Source: Waterburya sp. (GTDB lineage: Bacteria; Cyanobacteriota; Cyanobacteriia; Cyanobacteriales; Xenococcaceae). Taken from it: DNA of 64,000 bases. Under the pieces are notes generated by a model. The model saw only the letters and a list, made by a program, of their open reading frames with translations. It did no database searches and was not told the DNA's origin. Location: contig CBDCJV010000002.1 in NCBI GenBank assembly GCA_965217895.1, positions 2,304,001-2,368,000 on the forward strand, in the 5' to 3' direction. Positions 32,350-42,885 of this stretch are shown here, one piece after another; position 1 is the stretch's first letter, and each line of letters starts with the position of its first letter. Made by a program: the position numbers and the translations under genes.

Positions 32350-33315
32350 ATGTCAACAGAAGAAACCAGTCAAGAAATCGAAATAGCATCTGATTCGCGT
32401 GATAGAAATTGTAGTAAGTCCTTTGTCCAGAAGCTTATTACTAAAACAAAATGGAAATTACATCCGTCCAGAAACTTTGTAGCCAACTCCAATTCAGCCC
32501 AACTTAGCTATTTACTTGGCTGGAAAATGCTTCTTGTGTGTGCATTTGTCTTCATCTATTTTGTATTTTTTCCTAAACTATCGATTTTTTGGATTGGATT
32601 CTTCTTCCTAGTATTAGCAGCAATCAGCTTTTGTCTTGGCTTTGCGATAGAAACATATTCGTTCTGGAAATCAAAAAACAAACTTCTCATTAAGATATTT
32701 TTTATTATTGGAGGGATTTTAACACCAGTATCTCTATATTTTGCTAGATGTATTTTTGTTGATATTACTACATTAGAACCTTCTAACTTATCAAGAGCTT
32801 TAATTGTTTTTTCAGCTATTATTCAAATACCACTTTGGTTATGTTTATTCATAATAGTTTTATTGCTGATATGTTTTTTGGGTCAATTTTTCGTACTGCT
32901 CAATTTTATATTTCTTCAAATATTTATCTTAGTTAAAAATAATCCTTTGTTCCTCTTCTGGCTGGGAAAAACAAAAGTTGTTGACATTGAAAAGAATATC
33001 TTTTCTCGATTCCTTGCAGGAACATTTATTGGTGCTGCGGCTTGGGCATTTGTTTTGATTTTATTGTTAAATTTTGCTCAATGGAGAATTGAGCCACACT
33101 ATTTGATTAACATCACAGAAGAGGTAATTATACTTGCAGATTATCGCCCTTACAACAAAATTTCTGAATGCACTAATTTAGAACAGGGTGATTGGGGTTT
33201 ATTAGCTGGCTATAAAAAGATTAGCGTGGCTCATCCACAAAAATCGGGAAGGTATACTTTTACAACCAAAACTTGCTTGTTTGCAGATAAGACTTTGAAG
33301 TTAGATTCATTTTAA
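32350..33315 (+). CDS. Hypothetical polytopic membrane protein
   Basis: 321-aa open frame with 5-6 hydrophobic segments; very T-rich; no HIP1 site seen. Confidence 0.6.
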   Translation: MSTEETSQEIEIASDSRDRNCSKSFVQKLITKTKWKLHPSRNFVANSNSAQLSYLLGWKMLLVCAFVFIYFVFFPKLSIFWIGFFFLVLAAISFCLGFAIETYSFWKSKNKLLIKIFFIIGGILTPVSLYFARCIFVDITTLEPSNLSRALIVFSAIIQIPLWLCLFIIVLLLICFLGQFFVLLNFIFLQIFILVKNNPLFLFWLGKTKVVDIEKNIFSRFLAGTFIGAAAWAFVLILLLNFAQWRIEPHYLINITEEVIILADYRPYNKISECTNLEQGDWGLLAGYKKISVAHPQKSGRYTFTTKTCLFADKTLKLDSF

Positions 33316-33328
33316 GCTTAAAAATAGA

Positions 33329-34444
33329 TTATCTGCTCAAGGTTAAAACTGCATTTTGTCCACCGAAGCCAAAGCTAAAGCACATCGCATAATTTACCTT
33401 AGCTTTTCGTGGCTGAGTAACAAGATCGAGATCGAATTCGGTATTTTTTAAACCTATACATGGAGGTAAGCAATCATTTTGTAACGCCATAAAAGTTAAA
33501 GCGGTACCAATTGCACCTGATGTACCTAAAGTATGTCCTGTTGCACCTTTCGTTGAGCTTACAGCAACTCCTTGAGGGAAGATATGTTGAATTAGTTGAG
33601 CTTCATGGCGATCGTTTAAAGTTGTACTAGTACCGTGAGCATGAATATAGTCGATCGCCTGAACTTCTAAATTACTTCGCTCTAAAGCTTGTTTAATAGC
33701 TCTGGCTGCACTACCATTTGCCGTCCTAGGTGCGCTAATGTGGTAGGCATCACAGGTTAATCCAAAGCCTAATATTTTGCCGTAAATCTTTGCTTGACGG
33801 CGATTTGCTGACGCTGCTGTTTCTAAAACAAATATTGCTCCACCTTCTCCTAAAACCAGTCCTTCTCGCTTTGAGTCAAAAGGATAACAGCCTGTAGTTG
33901 CTAATGCCCCCATGCGTTCAAAAGCAGCTAAAGTTAAAGGAGTAACTGGAGCTTCTACTGCACCAGCAATTACTCTTTCGCATCGACCAGTTTTAATTAA
34001 CTCATAGCCTCTGGCTAATGCCCAAATTCCCGTAGCGCAAGCAGCCGTAGGAGCTAAAACTGGTGCAGTAGTTTGGATCTTTTTGGCAGTTGCGATCGCG
34101 CTTTGATGAGGTAAAGTTTCTAGCCAGTTAGGAATATAACTATCTTTTTGAGCTATTAATTCTTCCCAAGTTGCCTGACAACTACGACTTGAACCTATAA
34201 CTACTCCACATTCAGATAAAGGAACTTGTAACTTAGCGTCTTTGAGGGTAGCAAGCAGAATTCTTTGAGTTAAATTATCTATTTTGCTCGGTTGAGAGTT
34301 AATTAAGGCTAGAGGATAAACTGGGAGTTCAGCAAAAGGCTGCTGGAGTTTAATCCCTGATTTACCCTGCACAATACTTGACCAGGTAGACTGGAGTGAG
34401 CCAAGACAAGACTCTAATCCTATTCCTGTAACTACAACGTCCAT
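33329..34444 (-). CDS. Beta-ketoacyl-ACP synthase (FabF-like paralog)
   Basis: AACATG catalytic Cys; HAHGTST; TKGATGH; FSFGFGGQN. Confidence 0.9.
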   Translation of the reverse strand: MDVVVTGIGLESCLGSLQSTWSSIVQGKSGIKLQQPFAELPVYPLALINSQPSKIDNLTQRILLATLKDAKLQVPLSECGVVIGSSRSCQATWEELIAQKDSYIPNWLETLPHQSAIATAKKIQTTAPVLAPTAACATGIWALARGYELIKTGRCERVIAGAVEAPVTPLTLAAFERMGALATTGCYPFDSKREGLVLGEGGAIFVLETAASANRRQAKIYGKILGFGLTCDAYHISAPRTANGSAARAIKQALERSNLEVQAIDYIHAHGTSTTLNDRHEAQLIQHIFPQGVAVSSTKGATGHTLGTSGAIGTALTFMALQNDCLPPCIGLKNTEFDLDLVTQPRKAKVNYAMCFSFGFGGQNAVLTLSR

Positions 34445-34538
34445 ATTGTTCTAATTAAGAGTTGCAAGCCTAAAATAATCAAGTTCAAATTAAATTCAAA
34501 ACTGACAACTCATAATTTATAGTTAGCTTAAAACTAGC

Positions 34539-35300
34539 TTATTTCTTCAGGTTTTCCATGCCTTCAATTACCTTGGCTGAAGTAATGCGATCTCCTTGAT
34601 TAATTTTATCAACTACATCCATTCCTTCAATAACTTTACCAAATACGGCATAGTCGCCATCGAGGGAAGGTAAATCTTCTAAAGCGATATAAAACTGTGA
34701 AGAAGCAGAATCAGGCATAGCCGAGCGAGCCATGGCAACTGCACCGCGATCGTGTTTGAGAACGACATCAGAACCAGAAAGTTTAGCTTTACCGTAGGTA
34801 GGCTTGTCTTCACCTTTTAATTTAATCTCAAGAGGGATACGACGTTCTGAACCTGTAGCTGGATCTGTATAACCCCCTGTACCTAATTGCCCAGCAAATT
34901 TGGGATCTTTTCCTTGAGGATCTCCACCTTGCGCTACAAAGCCAGGAATAACGCGGTGAAATACTAATCCGTCGTAAACACCTTGAGAGACTAAATCTAC
35001 GAAATTACCTGCCGTTGTTGGAGCTTCTTTGCCGTTTATTTCCAGAATTATCGGTGATCCGTTAACCTGCAATTCGACTTTCGCCATCCCCTCTAATTGG
35101 GGCAAATTGTTACTCATGTTTTTATTACTGTTTTTGTCTTTGGCGATCGCCGTTTGTGCTTGATTATTTGTCAGATTATCAGATGATGAGGATGATTGGG
35201 AAATATTTGTAGCTGATGTAGCGCAGCCTCCCAAAATCATGCTGCCGATCAGCAGCAAAGAAAACATCTTAATCAACCATTCTTTATTGTTTTTAGCCAT
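34539..35300 (-). CDS. Cyclophilin-type peptidyl-prolyl isomerase, lipoprotein
   Basis: Lipobox [22 protein letters not shown]...[15 protein letters not shown]. Confidence 0.92.
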   Translation of the reverse strand: MAKNNKEWLIKMFSLLLIGSMILGGCATSATNISQSSSSSDNLTNNQAQTAIAKDKNSNKNMSNNLPQLEGMAKVELQVNGSPIILEINGKEAPTTAGNFVDLVSQGVYDGLVFHRVIPGFVAQGGDPQGKDPKFAGQLGTGGYTDPATGSERRIPLEIKLKGEDKPTYGKAKLSGSDVVLKHDRGAVAMARSAMPDSASSQFYIALEDLPSLDGDYAVFGKVIEGMDVVDKINQGDRITSAKVIEGMENLKK

Positions 35301-35465
35301 ATTTTAAATTTTGACTTACTATCGCTCATAACATTGAACGTTGTAGCCTAATTTTTTCTCAACTGGGTATTTAATGCAATCTCATTTTTCAGTATATCTT
35401 TATAGTTTCTCTAACCAAATTATTTTGAATATTGTACTATATATGTAGGTAAAAATCTTAGTAAA

Positions 35466-36647
35466 ATGCCACACGAACAATTAAATTTAGCAAGTGATAA
35501 ACCAGTGTTGTCTTGGGCAAACCATAATCTTGGTAATAATGAAGCCCAAATGGCAAAAAATGTAGCCTCTCTCCCTTTTGTATTTAAGCACGTGGCACTT
35601 ATGCCTGATGTTCATTTAGGAAAAGGTGCGTTAGTAGGCTCGGTAATTGCCACCAAAGATGCGGTGATTCCTGCTGCTGTGGGTGTAGATATTGGCTGCG
35701 GGATGGCGGCGGTTAAGCTGCCCTTTACGGGCGATCGCCTTGAAGGCAAACTAAAAAAAATCCGTCATCAAATAGAGCGATCGATTCCCGTTGGCAGATG
35801 GGGAAACAAAAGAATTGAAAGCAACGTTACCAATTGGCAAGGATGGCGAGATTTTAAAGAACTGCATCCAGGAGTGCAGGATTTAGACGATAAAGCACTG
35901 CAACAAATGGGTTCTCTTGGTGGAGGAAATCACTTTATCGAACTCTGTTTGGATACAGATAATTATGTCTGGTTAATGCTGCATTCTGGTTCTAGACACA
36001 TTGGTAACAAATTGGCGCAGTGTCATATTTCTACAGGAAAAAAACTAGCAGAATTAGCCAATCTTAGTTTGCCCGATCCTGATTTAGCTTACTTTGTGGC
36101 TGGTACGCCTGAATTTGAGGCATACTGGCGTGATTTACAGTGGGCGCAAGATTATGCTCGTTTTAACCGAGACGTGATGATGGGGCGTTTTAAAAAGTTA
36201 GTGGAGGAATTTGTCACGGGAGGTAAAACAACTAAGCCTTTGTTATCTGTAAACTGTCATCATAATTACGCCGAAAAAGAAATCCACTTCGGCGAAGATG
36301 TCTATGTTACCCGTAAAGGTGCAGTACGGGCAGAAAAAGAAGATTATGGGATTATTCCTGGTTCAATGGGGACTAAATCTTATATTGTCAAAGGCAGAGG
36401 CAATCATGATAGCTATTGCTCTTGTTCTCATGGCGCAGGAAGGTTAATGTCTCGTACCAAAGCTAAAAAAGAGTTTACGGTTGAAGATGTGATCGAACAA
36501 ACCAAAGGAGTTGAATGTCGTAAAGATAGCAAAATTATCGATGAAATTCCTGGGGCATATAAGCCGATTGAAGAAGTTATGGCAAATCAGTCTGATTTAG
36601 TTGAAGTTGTCGCCACTCTTAAGCAGATTGTTTGTGTTAAAGGATAG
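35466..36647 (+). CDS. rtcB: RtcB family RNA ligase
   Basis: MPDVH.GKG, VGVDIGCG, GSLGGGNHF, HSGSR, HHNY, RKGA, PGSMG, SHGAGR, DEIPGAYK. Confidence 0.95.
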   Translation: MPHEQLNLASDKPVLSWANHNLGNNEAQMAKNVASLPFVFKHVALMPDVHLGKGALVGSVIATKDAVIPAAVGVDIGCGMAAVKLPFTGDRLEGKLKKIRHQIERSIPVGRWGNKRIESNVTNWQGWRDFKELHPGVQDLDDKALQQMGSLGGGNHFIELCLDTDNYVWLMLHSGSRHIGNKLAQCHISTGKKLAELANLSLPDPDLAYFVAGTPEFEAYWRDLQWAQDYARFNRDVMMGRFKKLVEEFVTGGKTTKPLLSVNCHHNYAEKEIHFGEDVYVTRKGAVRAEKEDYGIIPGSMGTKSYIVKGRGNHDSYCSCSHGAGRLMSRTKAKKEFTVEDVIEQTKGVECRKDSKIIDEIPGAYKPIEEVMANQSDLVEVVATLKQIVCVKG

Positions 36648-36661
36648 TTGACATTTGCTAT

Positions 36662-36686
36662 GTAGAATAGACAATGCTCATCCTAC
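36662..36686. repeat. Degenerate compact GTAG-type REP
   Basis: GTAGAATAGACAATGCTCATCCTAC differs from GTAGGGTGGGCAATGCCCACCCTAC by six transitions only. Confidence 0.5.
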
Positions 36687-37001
36687 GCTTTTTTAGATCC
36701 TAGCTTTCTCTACTTCGTTTTGAATTGGTTCTAAAATTGCGTAACCCTCAATTAGTGATGATTCTGGTAAACTTGCCAATTTTTGTTCAAAAATAGTATC
36801 AATTTTATCTTTAGACTTTAAAAGCTATCAAGCTAAAAATAGAAATTTAAACGTCCAATAAGTTGCACACGGCATATACAATCTAATTTGCTAGGATATC
36901 TAACCGTTGTTTGAGGGAGCATCAAAAACCTGAGATAATGGTTAGCGAGTATAAGATATAAGAACCAAAGTTCTAGTAAAATCTTGCCAACTTAGATAAA
37001 T

Positions 37002-37844
37002 ATGTTATTTGCTTTTCAGTTTCAATCTCCTGGTCCAATTATTTTTGAAGTCGGACCGATTGTGATTCGTTGGTATGGCTTATTGATTGCTTCAGCGGTT
37101 TTGATTGGCGTTAGTCTGTCACAATACTTAGCCAAACGTCGTGGAGTAAATCCAGATGCGCTAGCCGATTTGGCTATCTGGTTGGTTATTGGAGCTATCC
37201 CCTGCGCTAGAATTTATTATGTTTTATTTGAATGGCAAGAATATGCTCAACGCCCTGAAGATATTATCGCCATTTGGAAAGGCGGTATTGCGATTCATGG
37301 GGCAATAATTGGTGGGACTATTGCCACAATTCTTTTTGCTCGCTTAAACCGTATTTCTTTTTGGCAATTACTAGACTTGATTGCACCATCTTTGATTTTA
37401 GGTCAGGCGATCGGACGTTGGGGTAATTTCTTTAATTCTGAGGCTTTTGGTAAACCAACAGATTTACCTTGGAAGCTTTATATTGCCCCTCGCTATCGTC
37501 CTGTGGAGTTTTTTGATTTTGCTTACTTTCATCCCACTTTTTTATATGAATCCCTGTGGGATCTTAGCGTTTTTATTCTCCTGCTGTCACTATTTTTTTG
37601 GGGACTCAAACATTATAACGACCTAAAAACTGGTACTTTAGCAGCAGTATATTTGATTAGCTATAGTCTAGGACGGATATGGATTGAAGCGTTGCGTACT
37701 GACAGCTTAATGCTGGGTCCGCTCAAAATGGCTCAGGTAGTTAGCTTAAGCGCGATCGCTTTAGGATTATTGATTCTTGCCTGGCTCTATTGGTTTAAGC
37801 GTCCTTTACCTGATGTAGTATCGCCTCGGACAATTAACAATTAA
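37002..37844 (+). CDS. lgt: Prolipoprotein diacylglyceryl transferase
   Basis: [36 protein letters not shown]. Confidence 0.97.
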   Translation: MLFAFQFQSPGPIIFEVGPIVIRWYGLLIASAVLIGVSLSQYLAKRRGVNPDALADLAIWLVIGAIPCARIYYVLFEWQEYAQRPEDIIAIWKGGIAIHGAIIGGTIATILFARLNRISFWQLLDLIAPSLILGQAIGRWGNFFNSEAFGKPTDLPWKLYIAPRYRPVEFFDFAYFHPTFLYESLWDLSVFILLLSLFFWGLKHYNDLKTGTLAAVYLISYSLGRIWIEALRTDSLMLGPLKMAQVVSLSAIALGLLILAWLYWFKRPLPDVVSPRTINN

Positions 37845-37846
37845 CA

Positions 37847-38653
37847 ATGACACTAACTCAACCTCTCCTCCAGCCTGCGGTTTATATTATTGGTGCAGGG
37901 CCTGGAGATCCAGAATTATTAACTTTAAAAGCTTATAGAATTCTGGCTCAAGCAGACGTAATTCTCTATGCTGACTCCCTTGTGCCTAAGCAAATATTGC
38001 AGGATGTTCGTGCTGATGCAGAATTAATACCTACAGGAAATAAGACCCTAGAGCAAATAATCCCTCTAGCCATCGAACGAGTTAGGGACGGTAAAGCAGT
38101 TGTTCGTCTACATTCTGGAGATCTTACCTTATATAGTGCGATCGGCGAGCAAATGCAGGCTTTTATTGAAGCGGAGATTCCTTTTGAACTTATTCCTGGC
38201 ATTAGTGCTTTTCAGGCTGCTGCTGCCAAACTTAGTACCGAATTAACTATTCCCGAACTGGTTCAGACAATTATCTTGACAAGAATTAGCGGCGAGGCTT
38301 CGTCTGTGCCTGAAGCAGAGGAACTAAGTTCTTTAGCTGCACACAAGGCAAGCTTATGTCTTTATCTAGCTGCTCGTCATATAGAGAAGGCACAAGCCAA
38401 ACTATTAGAACATTATCCTCAAGATACTCCAGTGGCGGTTTGTTACCGAGTTGGTTGGCAAGATGAACAGATTTGGGTGGTTTCTTTAACAGAGATGGCT
38501 GCGGTTACTCGTAAAAACAATCTTATTAGAACTACCCTTTATTTAATAAGTCCTGCTTTGCAATCAATCGTAACTACCCGTTCTCGCCTATATCATCCTG
38601 AACATTCTCATCTATTTCGTCCAGGGGGTAATAAGAAAACTATTGAAAAATAA
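37847..38653 (+). CDS. cobM: Precorrin-4 C11-methyltransferase
   Basis: IGAGPGDPELLT, YADSLV, RLHSGD, ELTIPELVQTIILTR. Confidence 0.93.
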   Translation: MTLTQPLLQPAVYIIGAGPGDPELLTLKAYRILAQADVILYADSLVPKQILQDVRADAELIPTGNKTLEQIIPLAIERVRDGKAVVRLHSGDLTLYSAIGEQMQAFIEAEIPFELIPGISAFQAAAAKLSTELTIPELVQTIILTRISGEASSVPEAEELSSLAAHKASLCLYLAARHIEKAQAKLLEHYPQDTPVAVCYRVGWQDEQIWVVSLTEMAAVTRKNNLIRTTLYLISPALQSIVTTRSRLYHPEHSHLFRPGGNKKTIEK

Positions 38654-38761
38654 TTGCGATCCATAGTTATATAATAAAATGCTTATAGTAAAAATGCTGA
38701 CCTTGATTGTCTGGGCAGCGATAACTTCGTTAAGCTTTGCCAACGCGCTTTGATCATAACC

Positions 38762-39928
38762 ATGCTTAATCCAAATTTGGAAGCAATTGAACTTAATAAA
38801 GATGAGTATCAAAGGTACTCGCGCCATATCATTCTGCCAGAAGTAGGATTAGAAGGGCAAAAACGCCTCAAGGCAGCTAGCGTTCTCTGTATCGGTAGCG
38901 GTGGTCTTGGTTCTCCCCTCTTGTTATATCTTGCAGCAGCAGGTATTGGCAGAATTGGTCTAGTAGACTTTGATATTGTCGATAGTTCTAATTTGCAACG
39001 TCAGATCATTCATAGTGAATCATGGGTAGGCAAACCAAAGATTCAGTCAGCAAAAGACCGTATTCATAGTATTAATCCTCACTGTCAGGTAGATTTATAC
39101 GAAACGGCTATTAGTTCCGAAAATGCCTTAGACATTTTAGCTCTTTATGATGTAATTGTTGATGGGACAGATAACTTCCCAACTCGTTATTTGACTAACG
39201 ATGCTTGTGTATTGCTAGACAAACCTAACGTCTACGGATCTATCTTTCGTTTTGAAGGACAGGCAACGGTCTTTAACTACCAAGGTGGTCCTAACTACCG
39301 TGACCTATACCCCGAACCACCACCACCAGGAATGGTTCCCTCTTGTGCAGAGGGAGGAGTATTAGGAGTTCTCTGTGGCATTATTGGCACAATTCAGGCA
39401 ACAGAAGCAATTAAGATTATTTTGGGGGCAGAAAATACCCTTAGCGGTAGATTACTGCTTTACAATGCTTGGGATATGAAGTTCCGTGAGCTTAAGCTAC
39501 GACCTAATCCTGAACGTCCTGTAATCGAAAAACTAATTGATTATCAAGAGTTTTGTGGTATACCTCAAGCAGCAGCCAAAGAAGCAGAAAATATGATTCC
39601 AGAAATGTCGGTCAAAGATTTGAAGCAGCTTATGGATAGCGGTAAAGATGATTTTGTCTTGCTAGATGTTCGTAATCCTAATGAATACGAAATTGCCAAA
39701 ATTGACGGTTCGATTTTAATTCCTTTGTCTGAACTAGAAGACGGCAGCGGTATAGATAAAGTAAAAGAACTAGCTAATGGTCGTCGTCTTATTGCTCATT
39801 GTAAACTCGGAGGGCGATCGGCAAAAGCCTTGAACATTCTCAAGGAAGCGGGAATTGAAGGTACAAATGTAAAAGGAGGTATCGCTGCTTGGAGTGAGGA
39901 GATAGATCCTAGCATTCCTCAATATTAG
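38762..39928 (+). CDS. moeB: Molybdopterin-synthase adenylyltransferase with rhodanese domain (MoeB/MoeZ)
   Basis: RYSRH, GSGGLG, SNLQRQ, DGTDNF; C-terminal rhodanese (DVR...HCKLGGRS). Confidence 0.92.
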   Translation: MLNPNLEAIELNKDEYQRYSRHIILPEVGLEGQKRLKAASVLCIGSGGLGSPLLLYLAAAGIGRIGLVDFDIVDSSNLQRQIIHSESWVGKPKIQSAKDRIHSINPHCQVDLYETAISSENALDILALYDVIVDGTDNFPTRYLTNDACVLLDKPNVYGSIFRFEGQATVFNYQGGPNYRDLYPEPPPPGMVPSCAEGGVLGVLCGIIGTIQATEAIKIILGAENTLSGRLLLYNAWDMKFRELKLRPNPERPVIEKLIDYQEFCGIPQAAAKEAENMIPEMSVKDLKQLMDSGKDDFVLLDVRNPNEYEIAKIDGSILIPLSELEDGSGIDKVKELANGRRLIAHCKLGGRSAKALNILKEAGIEGTNVKGGIAAWSEEIDPSIPQY

Positions 39929-40053
39929 ATAAAAGGAAAAAGGATATTTCAATCGCTTATTTTTCTCATCCCTAATCCTTTTATATTTTCTCATTCCAGT
40001 TTTGGCAATCTACCCTTAATATGGGTGTGAGTTAAAAATATTGTTAAATTGCC

Positions 40054-40548
40054 ATGCAAATTCTAGTAAAAGTTATTCGTTGGACTAGTTTAGTTTCTTT
40101 ACCTGTGTTTTTGTTAGCTATTCCCAATTCTCCAGCGATAGCTGGTGATATTGGTAGTTGTGCCGATAGTCTAATTTTTGATGGTGTTGCCAAATCATCA
40201 GCAGCAGCAGCTTGTTCTGATGCCTTAGAACCCAAGCTGCTTGCTTCTTGTGTTCAAGATATTAAAGCTAATACTGATATAAAGGGAGATAATGCTTTGC
40301 AGTCTTGTTATCGTGTTCGTAGACCTGATGAGTTAGCTAGTTGCGTCATCGATATTAGTAGTAGTTCAGAGCAAGTTAATTCTGCTATGGCTTTGGACAA
40401 CTGCCGTCGTAGTTTACTGCCTATGCACTATGCTGAGTGTACTCTCGATTTGACAGGCATTGCTAAAATGCCTAGTGAAGAAGCAATGAAAAGCTGTATT
40501 GCAGCAGAGTTTCAACCTAGTAAAGTAAATCCAGAAACTGCTCAATAA
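40054..40548 (+). CDS. Exported Cys-rich repeat hypothetical protein
   Basis: Signal peptide ending AIA; eight Cys in four roughly 33-aa repeats. Confidence 0.75.
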   Translation: MQILVKVIRWTSLVSLPVFLLAIPNSPAIAGDIGSCADSLIFDGVAKSSAAAACSDALEPKLLASCVQDIKANTDIKGDNALQSCYRVRRPDELASCVIDISSSSEQVNSAMALDNCRRSLLPMHYAECTLDLTGIAKMPSEEAMKSCIAAEFQPSKVNPETAQ

Positions 40549-40576
40549 TATTTATCACATACGTACGAATGATTGA

Positions 40577-40623
40577 TTTGAGAGCGATCGCTCTTTATCT
40601 GGTAAAGAGCGATCGCTCTCAAA
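40577..40623. terminator. Perfect 21-bp inverted repeat with a HIP1 in each arm; probable bidirectional terminator
   Basis: TTTGAGAGCGATCGCTCTTTA-tctgg-TAAAGAGCGATCGCTCTCAAA between convergent genes. Confidence 0.65.
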
Positions 40624-40726
40624 CTTAATAAGAAGTCTATCTAACCTCTTTTTGAATATGTAAGGTGTTCAACGTTGCTACGACTTTCACCTATTGTAAC
40701 GTTGACTCAAACTCACAATACCTATC

Positions 40727-40930
40727 TTATGACAAACCTGTATTCATACCTTGTTTACCTGTTGCCAACTCTACTTTGATAATTTTGCCACCCATTTTCA
40801 TGATTCGCTGTTGTTCGCGAAACCAATTATCATAAGGTACAAGCTTAGTAAAGAAAGTATTTTGCAATTCTCTTTGAGTACGAATTCTAGTTTGACTGGG
40901 AACACAAGCAGTCACCTTGAACATACGCAT
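40727..40930 (-). CDS. apcC: Phycobilisome small core linker
   Basis: MRMFKVTACVPSQTRIRTQRELQNTFFTKLVPY. Confidence 0.98.
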   Translation of the reverse strand: MRMFKVTACVPSQTRIRTQRELQNTFFTKLVPYDNWFREQQRIMKMGGKIIKVELATGKQGMNTGLS

Positions 40931-41051
40931 GAGATGTATTCTCTCCTAATTTAATAAAAAAAAGTTTAATCTTCTAACAAGTTTTAATCAGCAAAAATTA
41001 CGTTAGCTGTTTGATGCTGTTTAAATTATCGAATAGTCTTAAAATGCCAAA

Positions 41052-41156
41052 ATTCGGGAGTCAAGAGTCAATACTAGATCGTCTAAACTTATCTTTCTTT
41101 CGCGCTCGAAAAACTAAGCTTTATTAGAACTAGCACTCACTCTAGACTTCCCGAAT
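41052..41156 (-). promoter_or_regulatory. Long stem-loop between apcB and apcC
   Basis: ATTCGGGAGTCAAGAGT ... ACTCTAGACTTCCCGAAT imperfect inverted repeat; position suggests a transcript attenuation or stability element. Confidence 0.5.
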
Positions 41157-41200
41157 CTATACGTCAACTATTCTACGTCTAGCTCAGGTTAAAAAAGAAT

Positions 41201-41686
41201 TTAGCTTAAGCCAGAGCAGATATAGTCGAAATAAACGCCCATTTCTTTACCTGCATCAGCACCTACTAAACTAGCGGTTACTTCTTTCATAGCTTGAATA
41301 GCTTGAACTGTAGAAGAAACAGGAACTCCCAAAGAGTTATAAGTTTCTTTCAAACCGTTAAGTACACGCTCATCTAGAATAGAAGGATCTCCAGCTAGCA
41401 TAGCGTAGGTAGAATAACGAAGGTAATAGTCTAAGTCGCGAATACAAGCTGCATAGCGACGAGTGGTGTACATATTGCCACCAGGACGAGTAACATCAGA
41501 ATATAGCAATGACTTTGCTACTGCTTCTTTAACGATGCTAGCTGCGTTAGCACTGATTACACTGGCTGCACGTACTCTTAGTTGACCAGTTTGAAAATAG
41601 CTTTTTAACTTGTCCATAGCAGCACCATCGAGGTATCTGCCTTGAACGTCGGCCGAATTAATTACAGAGGTAATTGCGTCTTGCAT
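41201..41686 (-). CDS. apcB: Allophycocyanin beta subunit
   Basis: [16 protein letters not shown]...[12 protein letters not shown]. Confidence 0.99.
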   Translation of the reverse strand: MQDAITSVINSADVQGRYLDGAAMDKLKSYFQTGQLRVRAASVISANAASIVKEAVAKSLLYSDVTRPGGNMYTTRRYAACIRDLDYYLRYSTYAMLAGDPSILDERVLNGLKETYNSLGVPVSSTVQAIQAMKEVTASLVGADAGKEMGVYFDYICSGLS

Positions 41687-41795
41687 AGTTTTGTTTCCTT
41701 ATCTCACCTAGTCTTAAATTATTTAGCACTGATAAGTTAGTGTGTTGTTTGAAAAAGTTTGTTACTGGTATATGAGCAAAGTATGAATTAAATAC

Positions 41796-42281
41796 TTACT
41801 GCATAGCTCCAATAACGTAATCGAAATAAGAAGCAGCTTCACTAGTGTCATCACCAGACATCATTGAAGTAGCTACGTTTTTCATTTCGCGGATGCTTTG
41901 TGCCATAGCACCAACATCGGTACCTAAAGACTTATACATCTCTTTTGCACCAACTAAACCAATTTCTTCAATTGGAGTCACGTCGCCAGCTACTACACCA
42001 TAGGTAATTAGGCGTAAGTAGTAGTCCATGTCACGAAGACAAGTTGCTGTCATTTCTTCACCATATGCGTTACCGCCAGGAGAAACAACATCAGGACGCT
42101 TTTGAAATAACTGATCGCCAGCTTGTTTAACGATACGCTCACGAGACTCAGTTAGAGTTTGAGCAATACGCAAACGGCTTTCACCAGTTGTGACAAAAGA
42201 TTTAATTCTTTCTAATTCGCCAGGACTCAAGTAACGAGCCTCTGCATCGGCGTTCACGATGGATTTCGTGACTATACTCAT
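41796..42281 (-). CDS. apcA: Allophycocyanin alpha subunit
   Basis: [23 protein letters not shown]...TATCLRD. Confidence 0.99.
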   Translation of the reverse strand: MSIVTKSIVNADAEARYLSPGELERIKSFVTTGESRLRIAQTLTESRERIVKQAGDQLFQKRPDVVSPGGNAYGEEMTATCLRDMDYYLRLITYGVVAGDVTPIEEIGLVGAKEMYKSLGTDVGAMAQSIREMKNVATSMMSGDDTSEAASYFDYVIGAMQ

Positions 42282-42885
42282 CGATGGATTCCTCCCAATA
42301 CAATGAAATCAAATAATTAACAAGCTATCTTTAAGTCGATAGTTTTATCTGAGCAAGATTTCTAGCTACCCTTCAGACCACCCAAAGCATTTAGCCTAGG
42401 CTTTCAGCTTAACTATGGTCAAATAGGGCTGTGCAACTAAACTTAGGTTCTATGGTTAAAATCTACGCTTGGCTGTTGCTAGTCAAACCCCTCTGGATAA
42501 TAGGTTACTTTGTTTTGTTACCCAGTTTTCAACTTTTAGCTACAAATTAGTATTGCAGCTTGCCCAAACTAATGTGCAAAAAGTAGCTGCTGCCTTAACA
42601 AACCTTTACATAGAGTCAATAAATAACATACAGATTATAAGTATTGATCTACGCTAACTTTTGCTTTTAAAAAGCCCTAGAATTTGCAGTGCTGCTCATC
42701 TCTAAAGGCTAATTTTTTATTTGAGCGATAACCCAACCTAACTATCATCTAATATTTTGTTGCGGTTTATTAGTTTACCTTAACAGAATTTAATGTTAGA
42801 TTATCAACCTTTTGACGCTTTGGACATATAAAAATAAGTAATCAATATCGTGTAGATGATTTCATTAGTTTTTTAGTTAAAAAAC

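Noticed and set aside
33329..34444. Type II PKS or secondary-metabolite cluster around the ketosynthase
   Set aside because: No ACP, chain-length factor or tailoring genes nearby; the flanking genes show no biosynthetic link.
42469..42657. 62-aa ORF in the apcA upstream region
   Set aside because: TTG start, no motif, antisense to the presumed apcA leader.
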